Positions 26,444 through 35,839 of a stretch of DNA of 64,000 nucleotides are shown here, in pieces. A program made the position numbers and the translations under genes. Under the pieces are notes generated by a model, which saw only the letters and a list, made by a program, of their open reading frames with translations, ran no database searches and was not told the DNA's origin. Positions within the stretch are counted from its first letter, which is position 1, and every line of letters begins with the position of its first letter. The DNA is from a virus. Lineage: Duplodnaviria > Caudoviricetes. Where the stretch lies: the IMG/VR virus record IMGVR_UViG_3300042154_002208. One strand, 5' to 3'.

Positions 26444-26719
26444 ATGAGTAAAGTTGAGCAATATTCGCGTCCATGGGTAACATTTAATCCAACCGATAAA
26501 ACACACCGTGAAATTTTCCATACAGCATTAAAACATAATACGTGGGGAAAATCCCCTGTTCGGTTTTGGCTAGAAGGAGAAACATCTAGTTTAATGGATC
26601 AATGTACTCAAAAAATGGCCAGATATTATATGGAACAAGAATTTGGTAGAATCAAAGATAAAACGATTGCAGATGAAATTAATGTTATTAATCAATATCG
26701 ATATGTTTCTACAGCATAA
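26444..26719 (+). CDS. Conserved phage hypothetical protein
   Basis: RP...F.P....HR......WG..P.RF motif; RBS AGGAG. Confidence 0.75.
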   Translation: MSKVEQYSRPWVTFNPTDKTHREIFHTALKHNTWGKSPVRFWLEGETSSLMDQCTQKMARYYMEQEFGRIKDKTIADEINVINQYRYVSTA

Positions 26720-26720
26720 T

Positions 26721-26759
26721 ACCCTTACGGTTGACAGGGTTACTAAAAGATGTTATAAT
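26721..26759 (+). promoter_or_regulatory. Sigma70 promoter whose -35 lies inside an ACCCT-N10-AGGGT dyad
   Basis: TTGACA(26731-36)-17-TATAAT(26754-59). Confidence 0.85.
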
Positions 26760-26779
26760 ATAGCATGAAAAGGAAAAAT

Positions 26780-27085
26780 ATGACAGATACCGAAAAATAC
26801 ACAGGAGCATGGTACGCCTCTGCTTCAGACCAAGAACGCGATATATTTAAAAGTTGGATCAAGAGTCATCTTGCAATGGGTGAAATGAAAATTAAATTTA
26901 CCAAAAAAGATAACACGATTCGAGATATGCGTTGCACTCTCGGTGCAGGATATTTGCCTGTAACTGAAGAAAAAGAAATTAAACGAAAAGAAAACACAGA
27001 AGTACTTGCAGTGTGGGATATGGATAAAGGTGCATGGCGTGCTATTCGATATGAAACAATCAAAGAAATCCGCTTCGACATTTAA
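26780..27085 (+). CDS. WYL-like/DUF2693 Sm-fold protein
   Basis: F.KKD.T.R.M.CTL and V.D.....WR.. motifs. Confidence 0.75.
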   Translation: MTDTEKYTGAWYASASDQERDIFKSWIKSHLAMGEMKIKFTKKDNTIRDMRCTLGAGYLPVTEEKEIKRKENTEVLAVWDMDKGAWRAIRYETIKEIRFDI

Positions 27086-27187
27086 GCCAACAAAATTGAT
27101 TGAAAATAAACGCAAGTTTATTCCTGATCCGTTACTAAATAAACGTGATCTTAGAGAATTTAAAAAATTAGTAATTAAGGAAAAATA

Positions 27188-28276
27188 ATGGCACGTGTAT
27201 CACTTGACGCTGAACCTAGCATTGCTGTACTATCTCCAGAAGAAAATACTTATAATGTTCAATTGATGAGAATCATGAACTGGTATTCTGCTGAGAAAGC
27301 AAAAGCTGACGCTCGCAAGTATATGCGAGAATATGTCAAAGCTAAAATGCCAAGTGAGTTGAACACATTTGACCAGGTTAAAGATGTAAACATTGTAAAT
27401 ACATATGGTTGGATTTCTCGTATTATTATGCGCAATGGTAAAATATCAGATAAGCATGTGACAAAACTTACAGGTTATCTAAAAGATACTTTGGCTTCTA
27501 CGGTTTATATTCCAGAACCAGTACAACAAAAGGTTGTTGTATCTGCACCCAAGCCTTCAATCCAAGATGCAATGAAAGAAAAGATTTCAGAATACTTGGG
27601 TGAATTAGAAGGATCGTTTGATTCTGTAGTTAAGAATAAAGAAGACTTTTCGTTGTATAAAAATATGCAAGCGAATCAAATTCCAAAACCTTATGTTGCT
27701 GATATTCAAGAATGGTCCAAGCGTAAACTTCGCGAATATATTCAAGTATATGAAGGCAAGGATTCTCAGATTGTAGAAGGTTATTCTAATATTACAAAAC
27801 GAGACGTAAAAAGTATTGTAAAAATGCTTGCACAATTTATTGAAGATTGTGATAAATATTCAGAGTTCAAGAAAGCAAATCGTAAACCCCGAGCAGTTAA
27901 GGCAAAGCCTGCGAGTGTTCAAGTTAAGAATCTCAAGTATAAAAAAGAAGATACGGAGATAGGCATTACATCTGTGGATCCTGCAGAGATTATTGGCGCG
28001 CAACAAGTATGGGTGTTTAACAGTAAAACTCGTAAGTTGGCTCTGTATAAAACAGACTCGGCTATGGGTATTATTGTTAAAGGTTCTAGCTTTCAGAACT
28101 ACGATCCAGAAATGGGTTGCCAAAAGACTTTGCGTAAACCTGCAGATCAACTTAAAGATTTGATGGGTGCTACAAAGGTACAATTAAGAAAGTATATGGA
28201 TAGTGTAAATTCTAAAGCATCGCCTGCAAATGGCAGAATGAATGCTGATACATTAATCCTTCGAGTTATTAAATAA
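27188..28276 (+). CDS. Conserved T4-like phage hypothetical protein
   Basis: 362 aa; EGYS, P..IIGA...W.FN.K.R.L and KTLRKP motifs. Confidence 0.8.
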   Translation: MARVSLDAEPSIAVLSPEENTYNVQLMRIMNWYSAEKAKADARKYMREYVKAKMPSELNTFDQVKDVNIVNTYGWISRIIMRNGKISDKHVTKLTGYLKDTLASTVYIPEPVQQKVVVSAPKPSIQDAMKEKISEYLGELEGSFDSVVKNKEDFSLYKNMQANQIPKPYVADIQEWSKRKLREYIQVYEGKDSQIVEGYSNITKRDVKSIVKMLAQFIEDCDKYSEFKKANRKPRAVKAKPASVQVKNLKYKKEDTEIGITSVDPAEIIGAQQVWVFNSKTRKLALYKTDSAMGIIVKGSSFQNYDPEMGCQKTLRKPADQLKDLMGATKVQLRKYMDSVNSKASPANGRMNADTLILRVIK

Positions 28277-28284
28277 GGTTTCAA

Positions 28285-29193
28285 ATGGCGTTAAAAATAT
28301 CATATTGCCAATTAATTAAGATTGTTCTTGCACAGATTGGCGGTAGTCCATTACAACAGGTTTATACCCAATTATCACAGGGCATGAAGCAAATATCTAC
28401 ACGAGGAATTATTCCTTCGGAGATTGCACAAATCAAAGCATTTATTGATCAGGTAACTACCACACTAAATGGAATATCGGGTGACGTAAATGCCATGCAA
28501 CAAATGGCTAATCAGTTTTTCTACAATCCAGTAGGAACGGTTACTACAGAAACTATAACACAGATTAATTTGCGGCTTGCTCAAATTACACAAGATCTCG
28601 GTGCCGGCCCGGTAGTTATATCTGGTAATGAGACTGAATATGCATATTTAAATAGTTTAAAAACTGAAATGACAAATTTTAAAACTCATAGTGATAGATT
28701 GTCAGGCCAAGCTGATCCCGAAGATGGTAAACCATTTGGTGGGTGTACGCTTGCAGATTTGTTGGGAGATGGATGTAGTCCGGCAGGTGATGTACCAGAT
28801 GTTGACCTTCAAGTTCTTGTAGATGGATTTAAATCTGGCGCTATTATTACCGGTGCAAAGAATGCACTGACTCAAGCAGTACTTGCTAATACTGGGGGTG
28901 CAGCATTAATTAGTGCGCTTGGAAATTTACAATCAACAGTTAATACTTTCAATACTACGGTGACTACCAAGATTAATAAACTTGCAATTAAACGAGCGGT
29001 CGAATCTTACGTAAATTATGTTGTTTTTAACTTATTAACAGGATGTAGCAACACGTTATTAAATGCAACACTAATACCTTCAGTAAAAGAAGCTATAACC
29101 CCGTATGCTCAATATATACAGAAACAACAACTTGATGCGGCTTTGGATGGCGCAACCGGTCAACCGTTTACAAATACTACACTCGCAACCTAA
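28285..29193 (+). CDS. Hypothetical protein, possibly structural
   Basis: 302 aa; Thr/Gln/Ala-rich. Confidence 0.7.
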   Translation: MALKISYCQLIKIVLAQIGGSPLQQVYTQLSQGMKQISTRGIIPSEIAQIKAFIDQVTTTLNGISGDVNAMQQMANQFFYNPVGTVTTETITQINLRLAQITQDLGAGPVVISGNETEYAYLNSLKTEMTNFKTHSDRLSGQADPEDGKPFGGCTLADLLGDGCSPAGDVPDVDLQVLVDGFKSGAIITGAKNALTQAVLANTGGAALISALGNLQSTVNTFNTTVTTKINKLAIKRAVESYVNYVVFNLLTGCSNTLLNATLIPSVKEAITPYAQYIQKQQLDAALDGATGQPFTNTTLAT

Positions 29194-29208
29194 ACAGAAA
29201 GATATATT

Positions 29209-30096
29209 ATGATTGTTGTTGATTACAGCCAAACGGCTATTTCAAATTTGATGGCAGAAATTGGCGGTAGAAAAGATATTGAAATTCAAGTGCCACTATT
29301 GCGTCACATGATTTTAAATTCAATTCGAGGTTACAAACAAAAATTCGGAAAAGAATATGGGCAGTTGGTTATTGCCGTAGACAATAGAAATTATTGGAGG
29401 AGACAAGAATTCCAATATTACAAAGCTGGCCGCAAAAAAGCTCGTGAGGATTCTGGTCTAGATTGGAAAACAATCTTTGAGGCTCTTGATCTAATCAGAA
29501 ATGAGATCGATAAGTTTTTCCCCTATAAGGTTGTTAACGTCGATGGCGCAGAAGCAGATGACGTTATTGCAGTTTTAGCAGAGTGGTCTCAGACAAATGA
29601 TTTTGCCGGTGGTGGAGTATTTGAAGATGATCCTAAACCGTTTCTAATTGTTTCCGGTGATCATGATTTCATTCAACTTCAAAAGTTTAAGAATGTCAAA
29701 CAATTTTCCCCGGTACAAAAGAAATATGTTAAACCTGAGATGTCACCTAAACAGTACATCTTTGAACATACAATTAAAGGCGATAAGGGGGACGGAGTAC
29801 CTAACGTATTGTCAGCGGATGATAGTATTGTTGCAGGTGAACGACAAAAACCAATTACAACTAAAAAATTAGAAGTGTGGTATAAAGATGCAACTACCAT
29901 GCCGCAGGATGATGAATTTAAAAATAGATTTGAGCGCAATCGCAAATTGGTTGACTTTACCTGCATCCCAGAAGAGATTAAAAATTCTATTATAAATAAC
30001 TACACAGGTCAGCCTGATAAAAACAAGAGTATGCTTTTGAACTTTTTCATTGAGCATAAAATGAAGAATATGTTGGAATTAATTGAGGAGTTCTGA
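29209..30096 (+). CDS. rnh: RNase H / 5'-3' exonuclease
   Basis: VDYSQ, D..NYWR, YKA.R, EADD, SGDHDFIQL and GDKGDGVPN. Confidence 0.95.
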   Translation: MIVVDYSQTAISNLMAEIGGRKDIEIQVPLLRHMILNSIRGYKQKFGKEYGQLVIAVDNRNYWRRQEFQYYKAGRKKAREDSGLDWKTIFEALDLIRNEIDKFFPYKVVNVDGAEADDVIAVLAEWSQTNDFAGGGVFEDDPKPFLIVSGDHDFIQLQKFKNVKQFSPVQKKYVKPEMSPKQYIFEHTIKGDKGDGVPNVLSADDSIVAGERQKPITTKKLEVWYKDATTMPQDDEFKNRFERNRKLVDFTCIPEEIKNSIINNYTGQPDKNKSMLLNFFIEHKMKNMLELIEEF

Positions 30097-30608
30097 TGCG
30101 AACAACTATACCACAAATTTTCGAGGAAGTCGAAAAAACAAACGGCAAAGATAAAAAGATTGCTGTATTACGATCATACCATAGCCCACAGCTTGAGGGT
30201 GTTCTACAAATCAATTTTAACTCAGATGTTAAATTAGATTTACCAGAGGGTGAGCCACCATTCAAGAAAGATGAGAAAATTCCAATTGGATATTCTGAAA
30301 CAAACTTGTATGCAGAATTTAGACGTATGTATATTTGGCTAGAACCAAATATTAACCTATCCAAAATTAAAAAAGAACAACTGTTTGTTCAGATGCTTGA
30401 AGGTATTCATTGGACAGAGTCTGAAGTAATATGTTTAGCTAAAGATAAGGCTCTTGAAACTAGATATAAGACACTTACTGAAGATTTAGTTAGAGAAGCA
30501 TTTCCGAATATTCTTCCTCCTGCTAAACCAAAAACTGTTGTGGATATTATCCCAGTTCTCAAGAAAGAATCAAAAGCAAAAAAAGCCGCAGTCTCTTTGA
30601 AAGATTGA
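30096..30608 (+). CDS. Conserved T4-like hypothetical protein (DUF6433-like)
   Basis: LPEGEPPF, E.LF...LEG.H..E and KDK motifs. Confidence 0.8.
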   Translation: MRTTIPQIFEEVEKTNGKDKKIAVLRSYHSPQLEGVLQINFNSDVKLDLPEGEPPFKKDEKIPIGYSETNLYAEFRRMYIWLEPNINLSKIKKEQLFVQMLEGIHWTESEVICLAKDKALETRYKTLTEDLVREAFPNILPPAKPKTVVDIIPVLKKESKAKKAAVSLKD

Positions 30609-30742
30609 CTAGGTTCTTCAAACGAGACGAACCCGAACCAGTCGTAAGTAATTGGTTAGTTTCGGATGATATGCCAGATGACCCAATGTATGACAGTAGA
30701 ACGGTAAACCACCACAAATATCGAGCATTTGACAAATATTGA
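30605..30742 (+). CDS. Small ORF (TTG start) or -1 frameshift extension of the previous gene
   Basis: Frame open 30527-30742 and fills the gap; no ATG/GTG before 30667. Confidence 0.5.
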   Translation: MTRFFKRDEPEPVVSNWLVSDDMPDDPMYDSRTVNHHKYRAFDKY

Positions 30743-30757
30743 AAAAGATGTTATAAT
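30729..30757 (+). promoter_or_regulatory. Sigma70 promoter
   Basis: TTGACA-17-TATAAT. Confidence 0.85.
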
Positions 30758-30776
30758 ATAGTATGGGAGATTTAGT

Positions 30777-31172
30777 ATGACAATGCACATCGTTGGACCC
30801 TGGTTATCTACAACCGGAAAAAAGAAATCAAAAGTTAAATTTAAAAGTGCAGACGCGGCACGTAATGCTCGAGATCTTGCACAGGAGTGGTCTTCTATGA
30901 AAAAGAAGTGGGGCGTTGAGATTGATGATACAAAACGCAAACGTGCAATGGCGGCCGAGATATATTCCCCTCCGGTATCTTCTAATCCCCGAGGCGTTAC
31001 ACATAAAAATATTCAAAGTTTAAATGATAAAATAACAGGTGCGGTTTCTAGCAAGCCAGCATCCGTGTATACTGGAACAAAGGTTCTAGGTATTGGTACA
31101 ATGCACAAGTCTAATGCTGTCCCTATCTTTAGTGATGACGAGGCAAAAGAAATTTCTACAATGAGGCGATAA
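30777..31172 (+). CDS. Conserved T4-like hypothetical protein
   Basis: YTGT...GIGTMHKSNAVPIF......EIS.MRR motif. Confidence 0.8.
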   Translation: MTMHIVGPWLSTTGKKKSKVKFKSADAARNARDLAQEWSSMKKKWGVEIDDTKRKRAMAAEIYSPPVSSNPRGVTHKNIQSLNDKITGAVSSKPASVYTGTKVLGIGTMHKSNAVPIFSDDEAKEISTMRR

Positions 31173-31945
31173 TGAAAAAAATAGTTTTAGTCACAGGCGG
31201 ATTTGATCCTGTGCATTCTGGGCATATTGCATATTTTAAAGCAGCCAAAAAGTTAGGAGACTACTTGGTTGTAGGCGTAAACTCTGACGCATGGCTAACA
31301 CGTAAGAAAGGCGCACCGTTTATGCCAGTATGGGAGCGGGTTGCTTTATTACAAGAATTTAAATGTATCGATCAGGTTGTATTCTTTGATGATAATGCAG
31401 ATGCTGACGGAAGCGCCAAACACTTTATAAAAGAAACATTAGATATCTGGCCAGACTCTGAGGTTATCTTTGCTAATGGTGGGGATAGAACTGATAAGAA
31501 TATTCCAGAAATGGATATACAAAATCCTCGTCTAAGTTTTGCGTTTGGCGTAGGTGGTGAAGATAAAAAGAATTCTAGCTCTTGGATTTTGCAAGAATGG
31601 AAAGCTCCTAAGACCTCGCGCGCGTGGGGATATTATCGTGTTCTACATGAACAAGGTAAAGATGTTAAAGTAAAAGAATTAACGGTTGCTCCTGGCAAAT
31701 GTTTAAGTATGCAACGACATAAAGATCGAAGCGAGCATTGGTTTGTATCAGAAGGAACCGCTACGGTTTATACGTTAAATTGTAGCACAGATGTTGAACT
31801 AATTGGAACATTCAATAAATTTGAAAATCTCCATATTGGTAAAACAGAGTGGCATCAGCTTTGTAATGAAACTGAGTCACCATTGAAGATTGTCGAAATC
31901 CAGTATGGCGACAATTGTATTGAAGATGATATTGAAAGGAAATAA
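31172..31945 (+). CDS. Cytidylyltransferase fused to a cupin (type II mannose-6-P isomerase C-terminal-like)
   Basis: GGFDPVHSGH, GVNSD.WL.RKKG, ANGGDR; then R.WG.Y..L, LSMQRH..RSEHW and EIQYG..C.E.DIER. Confidence 0.88.
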   Translation: MKKIVLVTGGFDPVHSGHIAYFKAAKKLGDYLVVGVNSDAWLTRKKGAPFMPVWERVALLQEFKCIDQVVFFDDNADADGSAKHFIKETLDIWPDSEVIFANGGDRTDKNIPEMDIQNPRLSFAFGVGGEDKKNSSSWILQEWKAPKTSRAWGYYRVLHEQGKDVKVKELTVAPGKCLSMQRHKDRSEHWFVSEGTATVYTLNCSTDVELIGTFNKFENLHIGKTEWHQLCNETESPLKIVEIQYGDNCIEDDIERK

Positions 31946-31948
31946 ATT

Positions 31949-32221
31949 ATGGCAGGTATCCCATCCAGTCCAACGGATCGTAAAGCAATTCTTGATTGTA
32001 TGAAAGAACTATCGGCGAGCATGACTCGTACTGAAGGTGAACGTGAGTTTCAGCGAGAAGCAATTAAAGAGTTATGTGACAATCTAGAACTTAGCAAAAA
32101 GACATTTCGTCGTATGGCTAAGGTATATCACAAACAAAATTTTACCAAAGAAATTGAAGAACATGAAGAATTTGAAACAATGTATGAGACCATTACAAAT
32201 TCTACAAGAATGTCTGCATAA
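31949..32221 (+). CDS. dsbA: dsDNA-binding protein, T4 DsbA-like
   Basis: K.F.R....YHKQ.....E.EE....YE motif. Confidence 0.75.
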   Translation: MAGIPSSPTDRKAILDCMKELSASMTRTEGEREFQREAIKELCDNLELSKKTFRRMAKVYHKQNFTKEIEEHEEFETMYETITNSTRMSA

Positions 32222-32222
32222 T

Positions 32223-32411
32223 ATGAAAAACTTGTATATTTTAGAAGCTGAATGGCGAGACACTATTGGTCGTACTCGAAAACAAGATATTATTGGTGTT
32301 TATGATGATATCGAAAAATTAGAAAAAGCCAAACAAGCGGTTGAAGATACTCCTCATAAGTATACAAGTATTACTTACAAAATCAACACCGAAATGCGAC
32401 CATTTGCTTAA
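32223..32411 (+). CDS. Hypothetical protein
   Basis: ATG 32223; IGVY motif. Confidence 0.65.
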   Translation: MKNLYILEAEWRDTIGRTRKQDIIGVYDDIEKLEKAKQAVEDTPHKYTSITYKINTEMRPFA

Positions 32412-32430
32412 AAAATGAGCACTTTTATGC

Positions 32431-32459
32431 TTGACACTAATCGAAAAAGGTGTTATAAT
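32431..32459 (+). promoter_or_regulatory. Sigma70 promoter of ligase
   Basis: TTGACA-17-TATAAT. Confidence 0.85.
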
Positions 32460-32482
32460 AAAGTATATGAAGAAAGGCTAAT

Positions 32483-33817
32483 ATGACAACGGTATATGAT
32501 ATTTTAGATCAACTTGCATCCGACAATTCTCGCTTGGCTAAAGAAGCTATTCTTACAACCAATAAGAATAATGCTGACCTACAAGAAGCGTTTCGAATTG
32601 CTCTAGATCCTCTTATCAGTTATTATATTCGCAAAATTCCAGCATACACCAAACAAGCCAAAGGCAAAAAATCTTTAACTTGGGCAATGCAAGAACTACT
32701 TAATGAATTTGCAACCCGCAATTTTACGGGAAATGCAGCAATTGAACATCTAACCTTTGTATTGGAGTCAGTGAATGAAAAAGATGCCAGCGTTATTGAG
32801 CGTATCATCAAGCAAGACCTTCGTTGTGGAGTCAGTGAAGCGACCGCAAACAAAATCTGGCCCAAGCTTATCTCAACATACCCGGTTATGTTGGCTTCTG
32901 GATTCGACCAAAAGCTTGTCGACAAAATTAAATTCCCGGCATATTGCCAATTAAAATTAGATGGCATGCGTTTTAACGCAATCGTTCGTAATGGTACAGT
33001 AGAATACAGGAGCCGTAATGGTAAAGAACTTAATATTCCAAGTAAGCTATTTAGCGATGCTTTACTCAAATTGGCTTCTTATTACGGTGCCAATTATGTT
33101 TTTGATGGCGAGCTATTAGTTGTAGATTCTGCAGGAAAACCGCTTGATCGCAAAACCGGCAACGGCATCTTAAGTAAAGGTGTTAAGGGCACGATGTCAG
33201 AAACAGAAGCAAGTTCTGTTCGTGTAACATTGTGGGATGCTATTCCATATGATGATTTTAAAATTGGTAAATTTACCACACCGTATGTAGATAGATTTCA
33301 ATTTTTAGTTAAACGCGTTATTAATCTAAAAACATCAAATAAAGCATTAGGTGCATTGATTGATTGTGTTTGGACTAAAGAAGTTGATAATCAATTTGAA
33401 GCACAAACGATTTTTGAGAAATTCTTAGCAGAAGGTCAAGAAGGTACTATTCTTAAATCTAAAACAAACATCTGGGAAGATAAACGCTCTAAGGAGCAAA
33501 TTAAATTCAAAGGTGAATTGGAATGTGATCTTGTTGTTGTTGATTGGGAAGAAGGTACAGGCAAAAATGTTGGTAGGTTAGGAGCATTGGTTTGTGAGTC
33601 ATCTGACGGATTAATTCAAGTTAATGTAGGGTCAGGATATTCCGATGAACAACGTAAAGAATTTACCAAACAAGCTGTACTTGGAAAAGTTGTAACTGTT
33701 AAATATAACGCACGCATTAAAGATCGCGGAGACGGCGTAGAACGTCTATTCTTGCCTACATTTATTGAAATGCGTGAAGATAAAGATGTAGCAGATTCGA
33801 GCAAAAAAATAAAATGA
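32483..33817 (+). CDS. gp30: ATP-dependent DNA ligase
   Basis: KLDGMR, FDGEL, EG.ILK, K.K and GSG motifs. Confidence 0.95.
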   Translation: MTTVYDILDQLASDNSRLAKEAILTTNKNNADLQEAFRIALDPLISYYIRKIPAYTKQAKGKKSLTWAMQELLNEFATRNFTGNAAIEHLTFVLESVNEKDASVIERIIKQDLRCGVSEATANKIWPKLISTYPVMLASGFDQKLVDKIKFPAYCQLKLDGMRFNAIVRNGTVEYRSRNGKELNIPSKLFSDALLKLASYYGANYVFDGELLVVDSAGKPLDRKTGNGILSKGVKGTMSETEASSVRVTLWDAIPYDDFKIGKFTTPYVDRFQFLVKRVINLKTSNKALGALIDCVWTKEVDNQFEAQTIFEKFLAEGQEGTILKSKTNIWEDKRSKEQIKFKGELECDLVVVDWEEGTGKNVGRLGALVCESSDGLIQVNVGSGYSDEQRKEFTKQAVLGKVVTVKYNARIKDRGDGVERLFLPTFIEMREDKDVADSSKKIK

Positions 33818-34062
33818 GTAAAATAACAAGTACGGAAATAAATAATACTCTATATAATAGAAAATATGGAATAATTGAATATGATCGTAAACTTGAAAGA
33901 TTTGAAAACGAAAAACTAAAAGAAGCTACGGAACAAGCACGACGCATTCTTGCAATTCAATTAATGAAAGAAATCGAAAAAATACGAGAGTATGAACGTA
34001 TTAGACAAAAGAAACAATTCGAGATTCATCAAAGAGGTTCTAATATTGATACTTATACATGA
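33814..34062 (+). CDS. Hypothetical coiled-coil protein
   Basis: 82 aa; ATGA overlap. Confidence 0.55.
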   Translation: MSKITSTEINNTLYNRKYGIIEYDRKLERFENEKLKEATEQARRILAIQLMKEIEKIREYERIRQKKQFEIHQRGSNIDTYT

Positions 34063-34068
34063 AAAACT

Positions 34069-34097
34069 TTGACTTGTTCGGCAATTTGTTTTATAAT
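34069..34097 (+). promoter_or_regulatory. Sigma70 promoter
   Basis: TTGACT-17-TATAAT. Confidence 0.7.
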
Positions 34098-34174
34098 AAA
34101 GATGACGCAATATTTTTATTTGTAGTAGTATTATTTGAGATTGCCTTTGTTGTTTTTGCCATATACTGTTTATT

Positions 34175-34717
34175 ATGAATATTTTTTATCTACACAATGA
34201 CCCTAAAATTTGTGCCGAGCTACACAACGACAAACACGTCGTTAAAATGATACTTGAATATGCTCAACTTCTTTCTACTGCTCATCGTGTTCTTGATGGT
34301 GTTCAATCTGTGGGTGTCAGTAAAACTAATCGAAAACAAACCAGGTATGTTATTTCCGATGAGCGTGAATATACTTTGTACCGTTCTACTCATACTAATC
34401 ATCCTTCAGCGATTTGGGTAAGACAATCCTATGAAAATTATGAATGGCTATATAAGCTATTCATTGCAGTATTAGAAGAATACACGTATCGATATGGTAG
34501 AACACACGCAACTGCTCGATTAGTAGATGCATTGTATAAGCCGCCTACTAATATTCCAAAAGGCGTAGGATTCACTGAACCCACTCCGGCAATGCCAGAT
34601 GAGTATAAGGTATCCGGTAATTCCGTCAGATCATATATAAATTATTACCTGGGTGCAAAGCAGCATCTAGCATCTTGGAAAAAACGACAAATACCTGAAT
34701 GGTTTACATATGCCTAG
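34175..34717 (+). CDS. Pyrimidine-dimer DNA glycosylase-like protein (DenV-like family)
   Basis: MNIFYL..DP...A..H.DKHVVKMILEYAQLLSTAH; H.NHPS..W. Confidence 0.8.
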   Translation: MNIFYLHNDPKICAELHNDKHVVKMILEYAQLLSTAHRVLDGVQSVGVSKTNRKQTRYVISDEREYTLYRSTHTNHPSAIWVRQSYENYEWLYKLFIAVLEEYTYRYGRTHATARLVDALYKPPTNIPKGVGFTEPTPAMPDEYKVSGNSVRSYINYYLGAKQHLASWKKRQIPEWFTYA

Positions 34718-34967
34718 TTATACATTAAAATGCAACGATTGTGAGACAGTATTCGACGTGCTATGTCGTTATGATGTTCGTCCAGAACAACAATGCCCAT
34801 CCTGCAAATCAACAAATCACGAAAACATCATCACAGGTGCTCCTGCACTAGGTGACGCCGTTCGTCTCGGTATCACTCAACCTGATGGTGGTTTTAAAGA
34901 AGTCTTGTCTAAGATACACTCTAATAATTATAAGAGTAACTTGGCAGACAAATTAAGTAGACGATAA
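34710..34967 (+). CDS. FmdB-family zinc ribbon protein
   Basis: MP.Y...C.DC...F...CPSC. Confidence 0.85.
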   Translation: MPSYTLKCNDCETVFDVLCRYDVRPEQQCPSCKSTNHENIITGAPALGDAVRLGITQPDGGFKEVLSKIHSNNYKSNLADKLSRR

Positions 34968-35047
34968 AATGTTTCAATTCAATTTTTTACCTGAGGGGGC
35001 AATAGCACGGTAGGCTAATGTCCTTTCTTTTTCTTAAGAGGGTATAC

Positions 35048-35800
35048 ATGGCAAAGTCTAAAAATAATCTTCAATTGCAGCCAACTCATCCACCGCTCAA
35101 TTTAGTTGTTAATAACAAACTAAAAATGAGATTAGATGATATGAAAACAATTGATCCATTGACAGACAACCAGCGGCGAGTCTTTGATGCATATGATAAT
35201 TCTAAAATCATGTTGCTTCATGGGGTAGCCGGGACAGGAAAAACATTCATAGCGCTCTATCACGCATTGGAGGAAGTATTAGATAAATCAAATCCATATC
35301 GACAAGTAATAATCGTTCGATCAGCTGTTCCTAGCAGAGAAATCGGACATCTACCGGGAGATGAAAAAGAAAAAACAGAAGTGTATACTGAACCGTACGT
35401 TGGCATTTGTGAAGACTTATTTGGTCGTAGCGATGCATATCAAAGACTGTCAGAACAAGGTGCAGTAAAGTTTTTAATTACGTCGTTTGTCAGAGGCATT
35501 ACTCTAGATGATTCTATTATCGTTGTAGATGAATGTCAGAATATGACGGATATGGAACTTAATTCAATTATGACTCGCGTAGGAGAGCGGTCAAAAATTA
35601 TATTTTGCGGCGATTTTCGCCAAACGGATTTGTATAGAAAAACCGATATGTCTGGACTAAAAAAATTCATGGCAATTGCCGACCTTATGCCCTCTTTTAA
35701 GGTCTTCGAATTTGGTGTAGATGATATCGTTAGATCAAAACTTGTTAAGGAGTATATTCTTGCTAGATTAGACTACGAAAGTAGACACATCGTTCATTAA
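35048..35800 (+). CDS. phoH: PhoH-like ATPase
   Basis: GVAGTGKT, IG.LPG...EK, RG.T, DECQN, GD..Q.DL and DIVRS. Confidence 0.95.
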   Translation: MAKSKNNLQLQPTHPPLNLVVNNKLKMRLDDMKTIDPLTDNQRRVFDAYDNSKIMLLHGVAGTGKTFIALYHALEEVLDKSNPYRQVIIVRSAVPSREIGHLPGDEKEKTEVYTEPYVGICEDLFGRSDAYQRLSEQGAVKFLITSFVRGITLDDSIIVVDECQNMTDMELNSIMTRVGERSKIIFCGDFRQTDLYRKTDMSGLKKFMAIADLMPSFKVFEFGVDDIVRSKLVKEYILARLDYESRHIVH

Positions 35801-35808
35801 TATAAATA
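35801..35808 (+). promoter_or_regulatory. T4-type late promoter
   Basis: TATAAATA upstream of the secreted-protein/endolysin genes. Confidence 0.7.
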
Positions 35809-35839
35809 AAAGAGTCGAGCTAATAATTCGACTCTTTTT
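35808..35839 (+). terminator. Intrinsic terminator after phoH
   Basis: AAAAGAGTCGA-N9-TCGACTCTTTT followed by T. Confidence 0.75.

Noticed and set aside
34990-35040. Pho box or riboswitch upstream of phoH
   Set aside because: No CTGTCAT-type repeats; only a GU-rich hairpin of uncertain meaning
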